This document shows positions 7,790 through 16,900 of a stretch of DNA of 30,265 nucleotides, piece after piece. A program made the translations under genes and the position numbers. The stretch covers positions 1 to 30,265 of the forward strand of contig JAVKJW010000025.1 in NCBI GenBank assembly GCA_031458695.1. Direction: 5' to 3'. Source of the DNA: Candidatus Thermofontivivens primus (lineage in GTDB: Bacteria > Sysuimicrobiota > Sysuimicrobiia > Sysuimicrobiales > Thermofontiviventaceae). Below the pieces are notes generated by a model. That model ran no database searches. It saw nothing but the letters and a program-made list of their open reading frames with translations, and was not told where the DNA came from. Position 1 is the first letter of the stretch. Every line of letters starts with the position of its first letter.

Positions 7790-9412
7790 CTACCAGCCCA
7801 CTGCGGCGCCGTCCACCCTGGGGTCTGAGCCACCATGGTACACTCCCGCTTCATCGATGAGGATCGCCTGCGCGCCACCGGCGAACCCCGACATTGGGAC
7901 CACACGATGCCCTCGCCGCCGCAGGGCCAGAATGGTTTCCGCTGGGAACCCCTGTTCCATGCGGAGCTCAAAAGGTGCTGGGAGGTTCGCAGGGTCCGTT
8001 CCTGGGAAACTCAACCACCTTGGAGCCTCTACCGCTTGCTGGACGTTGAGGCCAAAATCGACGATGTTCGTGAACACCTGGGTACACCATTGGGGCTGAC
8101 CGTCCCCTCCGGGAGTCCCCCACACCAGGAAGGGACGCCCATCTGGACGGAAGGCCATGAAGCACATGAGTGTGTGCATGGTGCGCTTGCCGGGGGCAAT
8201 CACGTTGGGATGGCCTTCTTCTAGGGTGAACCCCCTTCCTGCCCGGTTGTTCAGCAGGATCCCCGTCCCCTCAATAACCTCCGCGCACCCGAAGCTTGCA
8301 GAGAGGCTTGTGATGAACGAGACAAGGTTCCCTTCCGCGTCTGCAACGGCGAAGTACGTAGTCTCGCCAATGCGCTCGAGGAGACGGCCCGGTGCAGGCC
8401 CTTCGCTCGCCCGCCCTGGGTCGATCTCCTTGCGGCGCTCCGCCGCATAGTCCTTGGAGAGGAGCTTCTCGATAGGGTTCTCGACAAAACGCGGGTCCCC
8501 CAGATAGCCAAGCCGGTCGGCGAACGCGAGCTTCTTCGCCTCCACCATGAGGTGAACACTCTCCGGAGTCCCCCACCCGAGGCGGGAGAGATCGAATCCC
8601 TCAAGGATATTAAGCATTTCCAGGAGGATGATCCCCTGCGAGGGCGGCGCCGTGGTAAAGACCCTGTAGCCACGGTAGGTTGTCTCAAGGGGAGGATAGA
8701 CCTCGCTCTGGTGCTCGGCAAACTCGCGTTCAGTGAGGAGACCCCCGTGCTCTCGACAGTAACGGATCATCACCTTGGCCAGCTCTCCCCTGTAGAAGAC
8801 CTCCCGCCCTCCTTCTGCGATCATACGGAGAGAGTTGGCGAGGTCACGCTGGAGGAGCACTTCCCCTGGGCGCGGCGGCCTTCCCTGAGGAAGATAGATC
8901 TTCGCGGACGCTGGATACCGTTCAAGGATCTCTTGAGATTCGGCAATCCATGCGCTGACCCTCTCGCTTACGGGGAACCCCTCCTCGGCATAACTTATCG
9001 CCGGTTCAAAGAGCTGGGCGAGGGTGAACTTCCGGCTCCCCCACCGCTCCAGGGCGGTAACCATCGCATCGACTGCTCCGGGAACCGAGACGGAGAGCAT
9101 CCCGTGGAGAGGCATCTTCGTGTATCCTCGTTCCAGGAAAAACTCCCTGGTTGCTGCATAGGGAGCGACCCCACTGCCGTTTAGGGCCCAGACCTTCCCT
9201 GTCTTCGCCTCGTAGTACAGGAGAAAGGTATCACCACCAACCCCGCACATCATGGGCTGGACGACACCAAGGACCGCTGCAGTAGCAATCGCCGCGTCTA
9301 TCGCGTTCCCACCAGACACCAACACATGGAGCCCCGCGCTGGAGGCAAGGGGCTGGCCCGATGCAACAATCCCACGACGCGCCATCACAACGCTCCGGCC
9401 CTGCGGGAACAC
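7790..9412 (-). CDS. ggt: Gamma-glutamyltransferase family Ntn-hydrolase, cytoplasmic (YwrD/HpxW-like)
   Basis: GGNAIDAA, GVGGDTF, GETTYFAVAD (Thr nucleophile), PGKRTMHT, GTPGGDGQ, SDPRVDG; no signal peptide. Confidence 0.9.
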   Translation of the reverse strand: MFPQGRSVVMARRGIVASGQPLASSAGLHVLVSGGNAIDAAIATAAVLGVVQPMMCGVGGDTFLLYYEAKTGKVWALNGSGVAPYAATREFFLERGYTKMPLHGMLSVSVPGAVDAMVTALERWGSRKFTLAQLFEPAISYAEEGFPVSERVSAWIAESQEILERYPASAKIYLPQGRPPRPGEVLLQRDLANSLRMIAEGGREVFYRGELAKVMIRYCREHGGLLTEREFAEHQSEVYPPLETTYRGYRVFTTAPPSQGIILLEMLNILEGFDLSRLGWGTPESVHLMVEAKKLAFADRLGYLGDPRFVENPIEKLLSKDYAAERRKEIDPGRASEGPAPGRLLERIGETTYFAVADAEGNLVSFITSLSASFGCAEVIEGTGILLNNRAGRGFTLEEGHPNVIAPGKRTMHTLMCFMAFRPDGRPFLVWGTPGGDGQPQWCTQVFTNIVDFGLNVQQAVEAPRWLSFPGTDPANLPAPFELRMEQGFPAETILALRRRGHRVVPMSGFAGGAQAILIDEAGVYHGGSDPRVDGAAVGW

Positions 9413-9446
9413 CTGCCCACCTCCACTCTGGGAAAATCAGAAACTC

Positions 9447-10901
9447 TCAAAGACACTGCAAGGAAGTCGAGATCATTGTATGACCGGCACCCGGGCCCGT
9501 CAAGGGAACTTTGGGGAGGAGGAAGAACCACGCGCTCAGGGCTACTGCGAGACAGATCTGGGGAAAGGTATCGCCCAAACGCACCGCCATCGTGACCTCG
9601 GTCCGTGGTGACACGCGAGCCAGGGCGTAGCGAGTTCTCCCCTCGCCGGCAGCAGCAATCACCCGCCCGTATGGGTCGATGATCCAGGAAGGGCTCCCGT
9701 TTGCCGCATGGACCACATACCGTCTCGTCTCAATGGCCCTCAGGAGAGAACTAACGGCGTGGTGTCGAGCCCCTCCACTCCTCCCCACATAGGCATCATT
9801 CGTCACGATGGCCAGGAGGATCGCTCCTTTCCGAACGTGGGCGTAGAGGACGCCTGGGAACATCGATTCCCAGCAGATCGCAATGCCAACTGGCCCCAGG
9901 GATGAAGGGAGGGGGCTGAGGCGATTTCCTGGAACAAGATGTGTTTCCACAAAAGGGACAGGAAGGGTTTTATCGTACCGGCCGCGCAAGGTCCCATCGC
10001 GGTCGAAGGAGACGACCATATTATACTTTCCTTCCTGGAGCGCCGTGCCAAATAGACCTATACCGAGCCGGCGGGCTAGAGTACTGAGTTCAGAGGCGAT
10101 CCCCAGTGGCCCGAGGAGGTCCACAGGAAGTGCGGTCTCCGGCCAGACCACAAGTTTTGCTCCTCTGCGCGCGGCTTCCTCTGTAGCAGAGACAAGACCA
10201 GAGAGCATCCATCCCAGGGAGGCGGGATTCCATTTCTCTTGTGGCGAGAAATCTGTGAACACAGCCGCCACGGGCAATTCTCCCACTATCGCTGGCATCG
10301 TCGTTGCACCCCAGAGGAACGCCCCTACAGCTAGCGCTCCTGAGCACCAGGCCACAATCCAGCGTCTGGAGAGGGCTGCGTCGATTGCGGCATTCCCAAG
10401 GGCCACTAGAAACGAAGGTCCATACTGGCCTACGAGGGTAGCTACTTGGAGGGCTGGGAGAAAATTGTGTTGGGAGGACCCAAGGAGTGGCCACGATAGC
10501 CCAAGGCTCACTAGGCCTCTCAAGTATTCGGAGCCAACCCAGGCTGCGGCGATGAGCAGGGGAGCGAGCGCTTGACGGCGCACCAGGAGGGCAACGACTG
10601 CGAACGCTGCCCAGGGGATCGCCCAATAGACGGCAAGGAGACCATACACCAAGGGAACTAGGTGCTGGTACCGCACCAGGGTCAAAAACCAACATCCCAC
10701 GAGGAGGTAGAAAGTGAACCCGCTGGCAAACCCCATCCAGATGCCTTCCTTTAGGGAAGCCCTTCGCAACCCCTGCAGCAGGGGGACGAGGGCGATCCAA
10801 GCGATCGGACCGAGGTCCAGCGGGGGATAGGCAAGGAAGAGGAAGAAACCCGTGGCCAGGCCGGATATTTGCCATCTTCCGAGCTTTCCTGCAGGAGCCA
10901 T
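9447..10901 (-). CDS. lnt: Apolipoprotein N-acyltransferase
   Basis: Multi-TM N-terminus; nitrilase triad WPETA / YDKTLPVPFVE / ICWES; TNDAY; RAIETRR; ATG overlaps the tadC stop (TGATG). Confidence 0.9.
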   Translation of the reverse strand: MAPAGKLGRWQISGLATGFFLFLAYPPLDLGPIAWIALVPLLQGLRRASLKEGIWMGFASGFTFYLLVGCWFLTLVRYQHLVPLVYGLLAVYWAIPWAAFAVVALLVRRQALAPLLIAAAWVGSEYLRGLVSLGLSWPLLGSSQHNFLPALQVATLVGQYGPSFLVALGNAAIDAALSRRWIVAWCSGALAVGAFLWGATTMPAIVGELPVAAVFTDFSPQEKWNPASLGWMLSGLVSATEEAARRGAKLVVWPETALPVDLLGPLGIASELSTLARRLGIGLFGTALQEGKYNMVVSFDRDGTLRGRYDKTLPVPFVETHLVPGNRLSPLPSSLGPVGIAICWESMFPGVLYAHVRKGAILLAIVTNDAYVGRSGGARHHAVSSLLRAIETRRYVVHAANGSPSWIIDPYGRVIAAAGEGRTRYALARVSPRTEVTMAVRLGDTFPQICLAVALSAWFFLLPKVPLTGPGAGHTMISTSLQCL

Positions 10902-11803
10902 CAATTCCCGAATCCACTTCGCACGAGCTGAATCACGATTGGGCCGAGGATGATGAGGAAAAGGGCCGGGAACATAAACAAGACAAGGGGGAAGAGGAGC
11001 TTCACGGGAAGCTGGTGCGCCTGTTCCTCTGCGTGGCGAAGGTTGAGAGTCCGAAGGAACGAGGCCTGCTCCCGGAGCACCTTTGCCAAGGGGACCCCTA
11101 AGGTGATGCCGTTTTCGATGGCGCTAACGACTTGGGTAAGCTCTTCACAGCCTCCTCGCATAATGAGAAACCTGAACGCTTCCTCCCTTGTTTGCCCCCA
11201 CCCTCGATCCTCGAGATACTGACCGAGGAGCCGCCCAAGGATCTCCCGCTCAACCTGAGTGTACTCTTTCACTGCAGCATCAAAGGTCATCCCGGCCTCA
11301 AGACACATCGCCACAAGCTCGATCGCTCCTGGGATCTCCTGGCGCAGCTGTCGTTTCCTCGCGCGGTGCCTCCGGGTTAACCATATTTGTGGAGCAATAA
11401 CTCCCAGCGCTCCCAACCCCAGAGCAAGCCCCATGGCAGCTGGAAGGGGGACCCCCACAGCAGAAAGCATCATTCCTACCAAGATTCCCCCCATCCCGCC
11501 CATCAAGCGCAGTGCCATAAAGATCGCTGGATCAACCTCCAGTCCCGCCTGGATCAGGGATTGGGAAAGCTTCTGGCGCCACTCTCGGGGAGTGTTCTCC
11601 CGGAGGTGGTGTGCTGGCTTCTCCAGGAGGGAAAGGAGGAACCGGGGAAGAACGGATCTTGTGGCCTCTGATCTGCGAGGTGTCTTATGCCTGGCAAGCA
11701 GGGAGTGCAAGCGCTGGGTTGCGGTGCTAGCTCTCGGCAGGGTGAGCGCGGAGAACCAGATCACGATATTCAACACGACTGCGGCCACAATGTCCCACTG
11801 CAT
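10901..11803 (-). CDS. tadC: Tad pilus platform protein TadC (T2SSF domain)
   Basis: EAGMTFDAA, LGVPLAKVLREQA, AEEQAHQLPVKLLFPLVLFMFPALF...GP. Confidence 0.9.
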   Translation of the reverse strand: MQWDIVAAVVLNIVIWFSALTLPRASTATQRLHSLLARHKTPRRSEATRSVLPRFLLSLLEKPAHHLRENTPREWRQKLSQSLIQAGLEVDPAIFMALRLMGGMGGILVGMMLSAVGVPLPAAMGLALGLGALGVIAPQIWLTRRHRARKRQLRQEIPGAIELVAMCLEAGMTFDAAVKEYTQVEREILGRLLGQYLEDRGWGQTREEAFRFLIMRGGCEELTQVVSAIENGITLGVPLAKVLREQASFLRTLNLRHAEEQAHQLPVKLLFPLVLFMFPALFLIILGPIVIQLVRSGFGN

Positions 11804-11806
11804 CGT

Positions 11807-12769
11807 CTATGGGACCCTCCGCATCATGATCCGGATGACCTGAATTCCCACTCCTTGGAGCCCTCCTGCTGTGACCAGAAGAATGCGGCCTAGGGGGTCT
11901 GCGAGAAGCGGTTCGAAGAAACTCGGTTGAAGCATCAGGAAAGCCCCCGCCACGAACCCAGGAAGAAGGCCTACAACCAGCGCGCTCAGCCTTGCCTGGG
12001 CTGTCAGAGCACGGACCTGGCGGTGGTAGGCGATCTGGAGACGAAGCGACTCTGCTTGTGCTTCGAGGAAGTCCGCCAAATTACCCCCCATCTTGTTCGT
12101 CACAGAGATGGCGAGGGTCACCATCCTGAGGGCTCTACTAGGAACCCTCTCGCGAAGGGAAGAGAGGACTTCTTCAAGAGGGATCGCCAGCTCAAGCTCC
12201 ATGTTGCACTTCCCGAATTCCTCCCCTAGAGGAGGAGGGAACCGCTCTGCGAGGAAGGCAATGGCGACTGGCAAGGTTCTTCCAGCTCGAAGTTGCTGGA
12301 CTGCTGCAGTGATCGCATCGGGGAGCTGTTCCTCAAAGCGCAGGAGTCTACCTCCCCTGCGCCACTCCAGGATACGCCACGCGGCAAGTGTAACCATGAA
12401 ACTGGCAACGATCCCAACGAGAGGGCCCTTGAGGAAAGCTCCAGCAATTGTTGCAGTGGTAACCAGAAGTCCGCCCAGGACCAAAGCTTCCACCACACGG
12501 AGGGAGAGGCCAGCCTGCTGGAGATAGAGGGCCAAGCGCGCAAGGGGATCCCATTTCGTGAAAGCCCTCTCCAGGCCCTTCAAGACTTTAGATGTCCGAT
12601 GACTCCCGAAGACTTTGAACGAAAGGGACTCTGCGCCCGACTCCAGGAATGGACTCGCTTGCTTTCCTACGAGCAGGGCGAGCCGCTGCCGCGAGGGTTT
12701 CGGATCAGGCCAGGCCAGAAAAAGCATGGACGCGAGTGCGAGTATCAGGAGAAGGGGAATCATCAACAT
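11807..12769 (-). CDS. tadB: Tad pilus platform protein TadB (T2SSF domain)
   Basis: FEEQLPDAI...LRAG, PPLGEEF, GGNLADFL, ALTAQARLS; start placed at ATG 12769 overlapping the cpaF end. Confidence 0.9.
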   Translation of the reverse strand: MLMIPLLLILALASMLFLAWPDPKPSRQRLALLVGKQASPFLESGAESLSFKVFGSHRTSKVLKGLERAFTKWDPLARLALYLQQAGLSLRVVEALVLGGLLVTTATIAGAFLKGPLVGIVASFMVTLAAWRILEWRRGGRLLRFEEQLPDAITAAVQQLRAGRTLPVAIAFLAERFPPPLGEEFGKCNMELELAIPLEEVLSSLRERVPSRALRMVTLAISVTNKMGGNLADFLEAQAESLRLQIAYHRQVRALTAQARLSALVVGLLPGFVAGAFLMLQPSFFEPLLADPLGRILLVTAGGLQGVGIQVIRIMMRRVP

Positions 12770-14010
12770 GCTTTCCCCTCCTGCCGGTTGGGGAGGGAAG
12801 GGATGGTTCCACCCTCTTCTTGAAGACGATCCCAGAGAAGAGGAGTGATCCCCGTCCACTCATGCTGCCCGCCCGCGCGGTCATAACGAAAGATTGCCTG
12901 AAGGCGGATTGTCTCTCCCTCCAATCCTTCCACCTCCGCCACCTCTGAGACCACTCGTCGTCCCTCAGGGAGCCTTTCAAGGTGGATGAGCAGGTGGAGA
13001 GATGCTGCCATCATGCGCCGGATGACATGCACGGGTAACTCCAAACCAGCCAACATGGCCATGATCTCGATGCGAGAGAGGGCATCGCGGCAGCTATTGG
13101 CATGAACTGTGGTCATCGATCCAAGGTGTCCTGTGTTCATGGCCTGAAGCATATCTAACGCCTCCCCTCCCCTTGCCTCTCCCACGATAATCCGGTCCGG
13201 TCTCATCCGGAGTGCATTCCGGACGAGGTCCCGCTGGGTGATCTCTCCCTTGCCCTCCAGGTTTGGCGGCCTCGTTTCCAGGCGTACCCAATTCTCCACA
13301 GGGAGTTGGAGCTCTGCTGCCTCTTCGATCGTGACGACACGCTCCTGCGCAGGGATGTGGTGGCTTAAGGCATTGAGAAGGCTTGTTTTCCCCACGCCCG
13401 TTGCTCCGCAAATCACAATGTTGCGCCGGGATCGGACGGCGATCTTGAGGAACTCCTCCATCTCCGCGTTGAGCGTGCCTGCAAGGATGAGCATCTCTGT
13501 GGTCATTGGAGTCTGGCTGAACTTGCGGATTGCAAGACAGGGCCCATCTACGCTCACAGGTGGCAAGACCGCGTTGGCCCGTGATCCATCCGGCAACCGC
13601 GCATCTAAGCACGGAGATGACTCGTCGATCCTCCGCCCGGCGAGAGCGGCGATGCGCTCGATAATGTGGCGGAGGTGGCTCTCGTCACGGAACGCAACGG
13701 AAGTCCTCTCCAACCGACCCCGTCGCTCCACGTACACGCGGTCCCACCGGTTGACCAGGATATCCGTCACAAGAGGATCTGCGAGGAGAGACTCAAGGGG
13801 ACCAAAGCCGGTGATATCGTCGCAGAGTTCCTTGGCGAGCTGGTGTCGTTCGGCTGCGGAGAGCTGCGGGTACTCCAGGAGATAACTGTGGATGAGCTGT
13901 TCAAGGCGTCGTCGCACTGTTGCAGAGTCCGCATTGTGGAGGATGACCACATCGACCTCCTCGATGAGGCGACGTTGGAGCTGGTTCCGGATGTCCCCAT
14001 TTGCCTTCAT
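12763..14010 (-). CDS. cpaF: Tad pilus assembly ATPase CpaF/TadA
   Basis: GFGPLESLL, DARLPDGSRAN, Walker A GATGVGKT, ALRMRPDRIIVGE, AMNTGH; GAGGTG RBS. Confidence 0.95.
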   Translation of the reverse strand: MKANGDIRNQLQRRLIEEVDVVILHNADSATVRRRLEQLIHSYLLEYPQLSAAERHQLAKELCDDITGFGPLESLLADPLVTDILVNRWDRVYVERRGRLERTSVAFRDESHLRHIIERIAALAGRRIDESSPCLDARLPDGSRANAVLPPVSVDGPCLAIRKFSQTPMTTEMLILAGTLNAEMEEFLKIAVRSRRNIVICGATGVGKTSLLNALSHHIPAQERVVTIEEAAELQLPVENWVRLETRPPNLEGKGEITQRDLVRNALRMRPDRIIVGEARGGEALDMLQAMNTGHLGSMTTVHANSCRDALSRIEIMAMLAGLELPVHVIRRMMAASLHLLIHLERLPEGRRVVSEVAEVEGLEGETIRLQAIFRYDRAGGQHEWTGITPLLWDRLQEEGGTIPSLPNRQEGKAC

Positions 14011-14064
14011 GGATCACCTCGATCTCCCAGGAGCGAAGCCTCAAGTCTCCTTGTAGTCCATGGC

Positions 14065-15216
14065 TCACCGGAAAGCCGCATGGAGGAGTTCACGACGCTT
14101 GGTTCTTATGAGCTCGCCCAATGCCTCTAATTTCCGACACCATGGGAGGTCTGCCCTTGCTTTCACAGCGATCTCCCCGTTGTCTGTAATCCGCTGAATC
14201 TCCGGGTTCTCCGGGAGCACAACGTCAAACTTTCGCTTAAGCACACTTTCCGCCTCACGCTGGGAGATCTCCTGGTTCTTCTGGAGCCGGTTCAGCACTG
14301 TGAGGAGCTTTCTTGAAACGATTCCAGATTCGCTAAGGAGATCCCACAGCCACCGAAAGTTCCGAAGAGCACAGACGTCTAGCGTTGTCAAGGCGAGAAC
14401 CGCATCAGCCCTTTGGAGAATACGATGTTGAGCCTCGTGAATCGGTCTCCCGATGTCTACCGTCAGAAAAGGATAGAGGGAAGCCAGAGAATCAAGGAGA
14501 GGGGCGATGTGCTCAGTGACAACCTCTTCATCGCGCCTGGAGTCCCACAAGGTAAAGGTGTCGATCCCGGCAGTGTGGTGAACGGCGATGCGTTTCAATA
14601 GAGCCGCCTGAGAAGGAAGTCCCTGATGGAAAAGCGCAGCGATGGTGCCGGGAGGAGTGTTCCTCGTAGCGACCATGGTATGAGCGGTGCCAAAACCCGG
14701 AGTATCCGCGTCGAGAAGAGCGGATTTTCCCTCTGAAGCCAGGAGGGCCGCGAGGTTGAGTGCTGTCGTGGTCGTACCAACTCCACCTTTTGCACTGACA
14801 AGCGCGATGAGGAACCCTCGCAGAGTGGCATTGCCGGATTCTTCCGACTGGAGAAGAGCCAGGACAGACTCCGCGACCGTTGGCCCGTCGGGAGGATCGT
14901 TGAGGAGATCCCGAATTCCAGCTTGTATAGCCTTCCGGACGATTCCAAGCTCAACCCCCTGCGCGAGGCCAATCACCCGGACCTGTGGGTACGCAGAGGT
15001 CAAAAGGCCAATCGCCTCAAGGGATTCATCGCTGATCTGGACCACGATAACCCCAGGCAGCAGTAGCGTAGCTCTCTCCATGAGGGCCCCGATTTCCTCA
15101 ACAGATTCCACCGTTGTCCCAAATGGTTCCAGCGATCTCTTGATGGAATCACGAATCGTCGGATCAGGGTGAAACAGTAAGATCGGTCTCTCCCGCAAAG
15201 ATGGATCTCTGACCAT
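14065..15216 (-). CDS. cpaE: CpaE/TadZ-like protein (pseudo-receiver plus MinD-like ATPase)
   Basis: Receiver-like N-terminus (KAIQAGIRDLL) with Gln at the likely phospho-Asp position; deviant Walker A KGGVGTTT; position upstream of cpaF. Confidence 0.85.
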   Translation of the reverse strand: MVRDPSLRERPILLFHPDPTIRDSIKRSLEPFGTTVESVEEIGALMERATLLLPGVIVVQISDESLEAIGLLTSAYPQVRVIGLAQGVELGIVRKAIQAGIRDLLNDPPDGPTVAESVLALLQSEESGNATLRGFLIALVSAKGGVGTTTTALNLAALLASEGKSALLDADTPGFGTAHTMVATRNTPPGTIAALFHQGLPSQAALLKRIAVHHTAGIDTFTLWDSRRDEEVVTEHIAPLLDSLASLYPFLTVDIGRPIHEAQHRILQRADAVLALTTLDVCALRNFRWLWDLLSESGIVSRKLLTVLNRLQKNQEISQREAESVLKRKFDVVLPENPEIQRITDNGEIAVKARADLPWCRKLEALGELIRTKRRELLHAAFR

Positions 15217-15225
15217 GTCACTCCC

Positions 15226-16002
15226 TCAAGGATGTGGCTTGGGATATGGCTCACCTTCCCTCAGACCGTACTTGTTGCGCCAGTAAGGGAACACGTCTTG
15301 CTCAAGGTTGAGATGTTTCTTCAACACTTCAGGCCAATAGGCGGCCATGTGCCAGTAGATCATCGAGGGGTCGCGCTTGTAGTACTGATCGAAGATGTCG
15401 GAAGTCCAGCGGTAGCTGTACATCTCCCCAGATTCTGGGGCCTCGAAGGAAAGTGTAATGGATCGGAACTTCTCCCTGTTGGCCTCCTCGGAATAAATCG
15501 TCATCGCTGCGTATGTTGCGCCAGGCGGCATTGTGTGGGGAAGAGCATCCCACGCAATGAGTTTATAAGAACGTCCATGGTCGTCTAGAATAGAGATCTT
15601 CCACGCTGGGAATTGCTGGAGGCGAATCGCCTTCTGTGTCCGGTTGTACATCCAAAGCTTCCACACCGTCATCCCCTGGGTCCGCTTGAGATAGTCCAAG
15701 ACCCAAGCAGCACCACGCGCTCCTGTTGCATAGGCGAGGCTCGCTTCACGATACTCGGGTGTGTCCCAGATCGCCTCGATCGCCAGCACTCCTTGGCGGG
15801 CTCTGTGATTCGGTGGATAGACTCTCCCGAACCAGAGCGCGTGCGCATGCCACCATTTCTTCACGTCCATTCCTTCAGGGGCCTTAGGGAGGACGGGGTC
15901 TTGGGGCCAAGCAAGGCCTGTAAGAAAGACTATGAGGACACCTGTGGCAACAGCCCTCGAAATATCGTGCATACGCATCCTTCCTGCACCTCGATCCCTC
16001 AT
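15226..16002 (-). CDS. Hypothetical exported, aromatic-rich protein within the Tad locus
   Basis: Hydrophobic signal-like segment (AVATGVLIVFLTGLAW); first ATG overlaps the upstream stop (ATGA); true start may be a slightly later ATG. Confidence 0.75.
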   Translation of the reverse strand: MRDRGAGRMRMHDISRAVATGVLIVFLTGLAWPQDPVLPKAPEGMDVKKWWHAHALWFGRVYPPNHRARQGVLAIEAIWDTPEYREASLAYATGARGAAWVLDYLKRTQGMTVWKLWMYNRTQKAIRLQQFPAWKISILDDHGRSYKLIAWDALPHTMPPGATYAAMTIYSEEANREKFRSITLSFEAPESGEMYSYRWTSDIFDQYYKRDPSMIYWHMAAYWPEVLKKHLNLEQDVFPYWRNKYGLREGEPYPKPHP

Positions 16003-16883
16003 TCCATGTACCAGCCAAACCGCGATGTTTGATCCTCCCCGCCACTCCCACTCCGAGAGTCTGGTGCTCTCCCCACCTGACCTCGGAGCCGTTGGACCTC
16101 CCCTGTGGAGCGATCCAGACCAAGGTAGCTGGTCTGCTCATCCCTCTGCTCTTGAATGAATACGAAGGTGCTCCCCGGGTAGGCCCAATCGTCCGTTGTC
16201 GTGCTGGACGGTTGTGGGCTCCTCATCTCGGTGCCGGGGGACAACGGAGGATTTGATCCTTCACTTCCCTGAGAGACCCTTGGTGGCTGCGATGGTGATG
16301 CTCTCCCTTGAGATGGAGTGGCGCGTGGAAGCGCGCTGGGGTTGGTGGTCACTTCCAACTCCCTCTCCCGGAAAAACTCCCTTGCAGCAACTTCGAGGGA
16401 AGGAGGCGAGGCTACCGTGGGGAAGCTGGAAACCTCCGGAGCTTCCTGTGGACCTACAGCGGTTGAAGGTATGATCGTGGTCTGGCCGCCAGCCCGCACA
16501 AGGACGGTGCGGACACCTAGGATCCGGCCGAATAGTGGACTTACTGGGGCTTCTGCATATACTTTCAGCTGGGTCCCCTCTCGCTCTGTCCACACGCGAA
16601 AGTCCTGGATGCCGTTTTTGCGAATATTCTCTCGGGCGACCTCGTATGCCCCCGCCATGGCCTTGAGCCACGCATCTCCCCATGTCCTCCCAGTCTGGCT
16701 ATAGGCGCGACCAGACTGGATCCCTGCATCTACGGCGCTCTGCAGGATCCAGCGAACTTGCAACAAGTACCCCCAGTCCACGGCGAACGCAGCCAACCCC
16801 ATCAGGGGAACGAGGAGGATCGCCCCAAAGACGAGGACACCTCCGTGTTCACTTCGATGCAAGGTCCACATCTGTGTTCTCAC
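15999..16883 (-). CDS. TadG-like pseudopilin (Tad N-terminal domain) with Pro/Ser-rich tail
   Basis: EHGGVLVFGAILL...AFAVDWG...LQSAVDAG pattern typical of TadG N-termini; V-P-FGRILG core motif. Confidence 0.8.
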   Translation of the reverse strand: MRTQMWTLHRSEHGGVLVFGAILLVPLMGLAAFAVDWGYLLQVRWILQSAVDAGIQSGRAYSQTGRTWGDAWLKAMAGAYEVARENIRKNGIQDFRVWTEREGTQLKVYAEAPVSPLFGRILGVRTVLVRAGGQTTIIPSTAVGPQEAPEVSSFPTVASPPSLEVAAREFFRERELEVTTNPSALPRATPSQGRASPSQPPRVSQGSEGSNPPLSPGTEMRSPQPSSTTTDDWAYPGSTFVFIQEQRDEQTSYLGLDRSTGEVQRLRGQVGRAPDSRSGSGGEDQTSRFGWYME

Positions 16884-16900
16884 CCCCCTTTCGATTCCGG

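Noticed and set aside
14034..14062. Tiny ORF MDYKET between cpaE and cpaF
   Set aside because: Six codons, no clear RBS, no supporting evidence.
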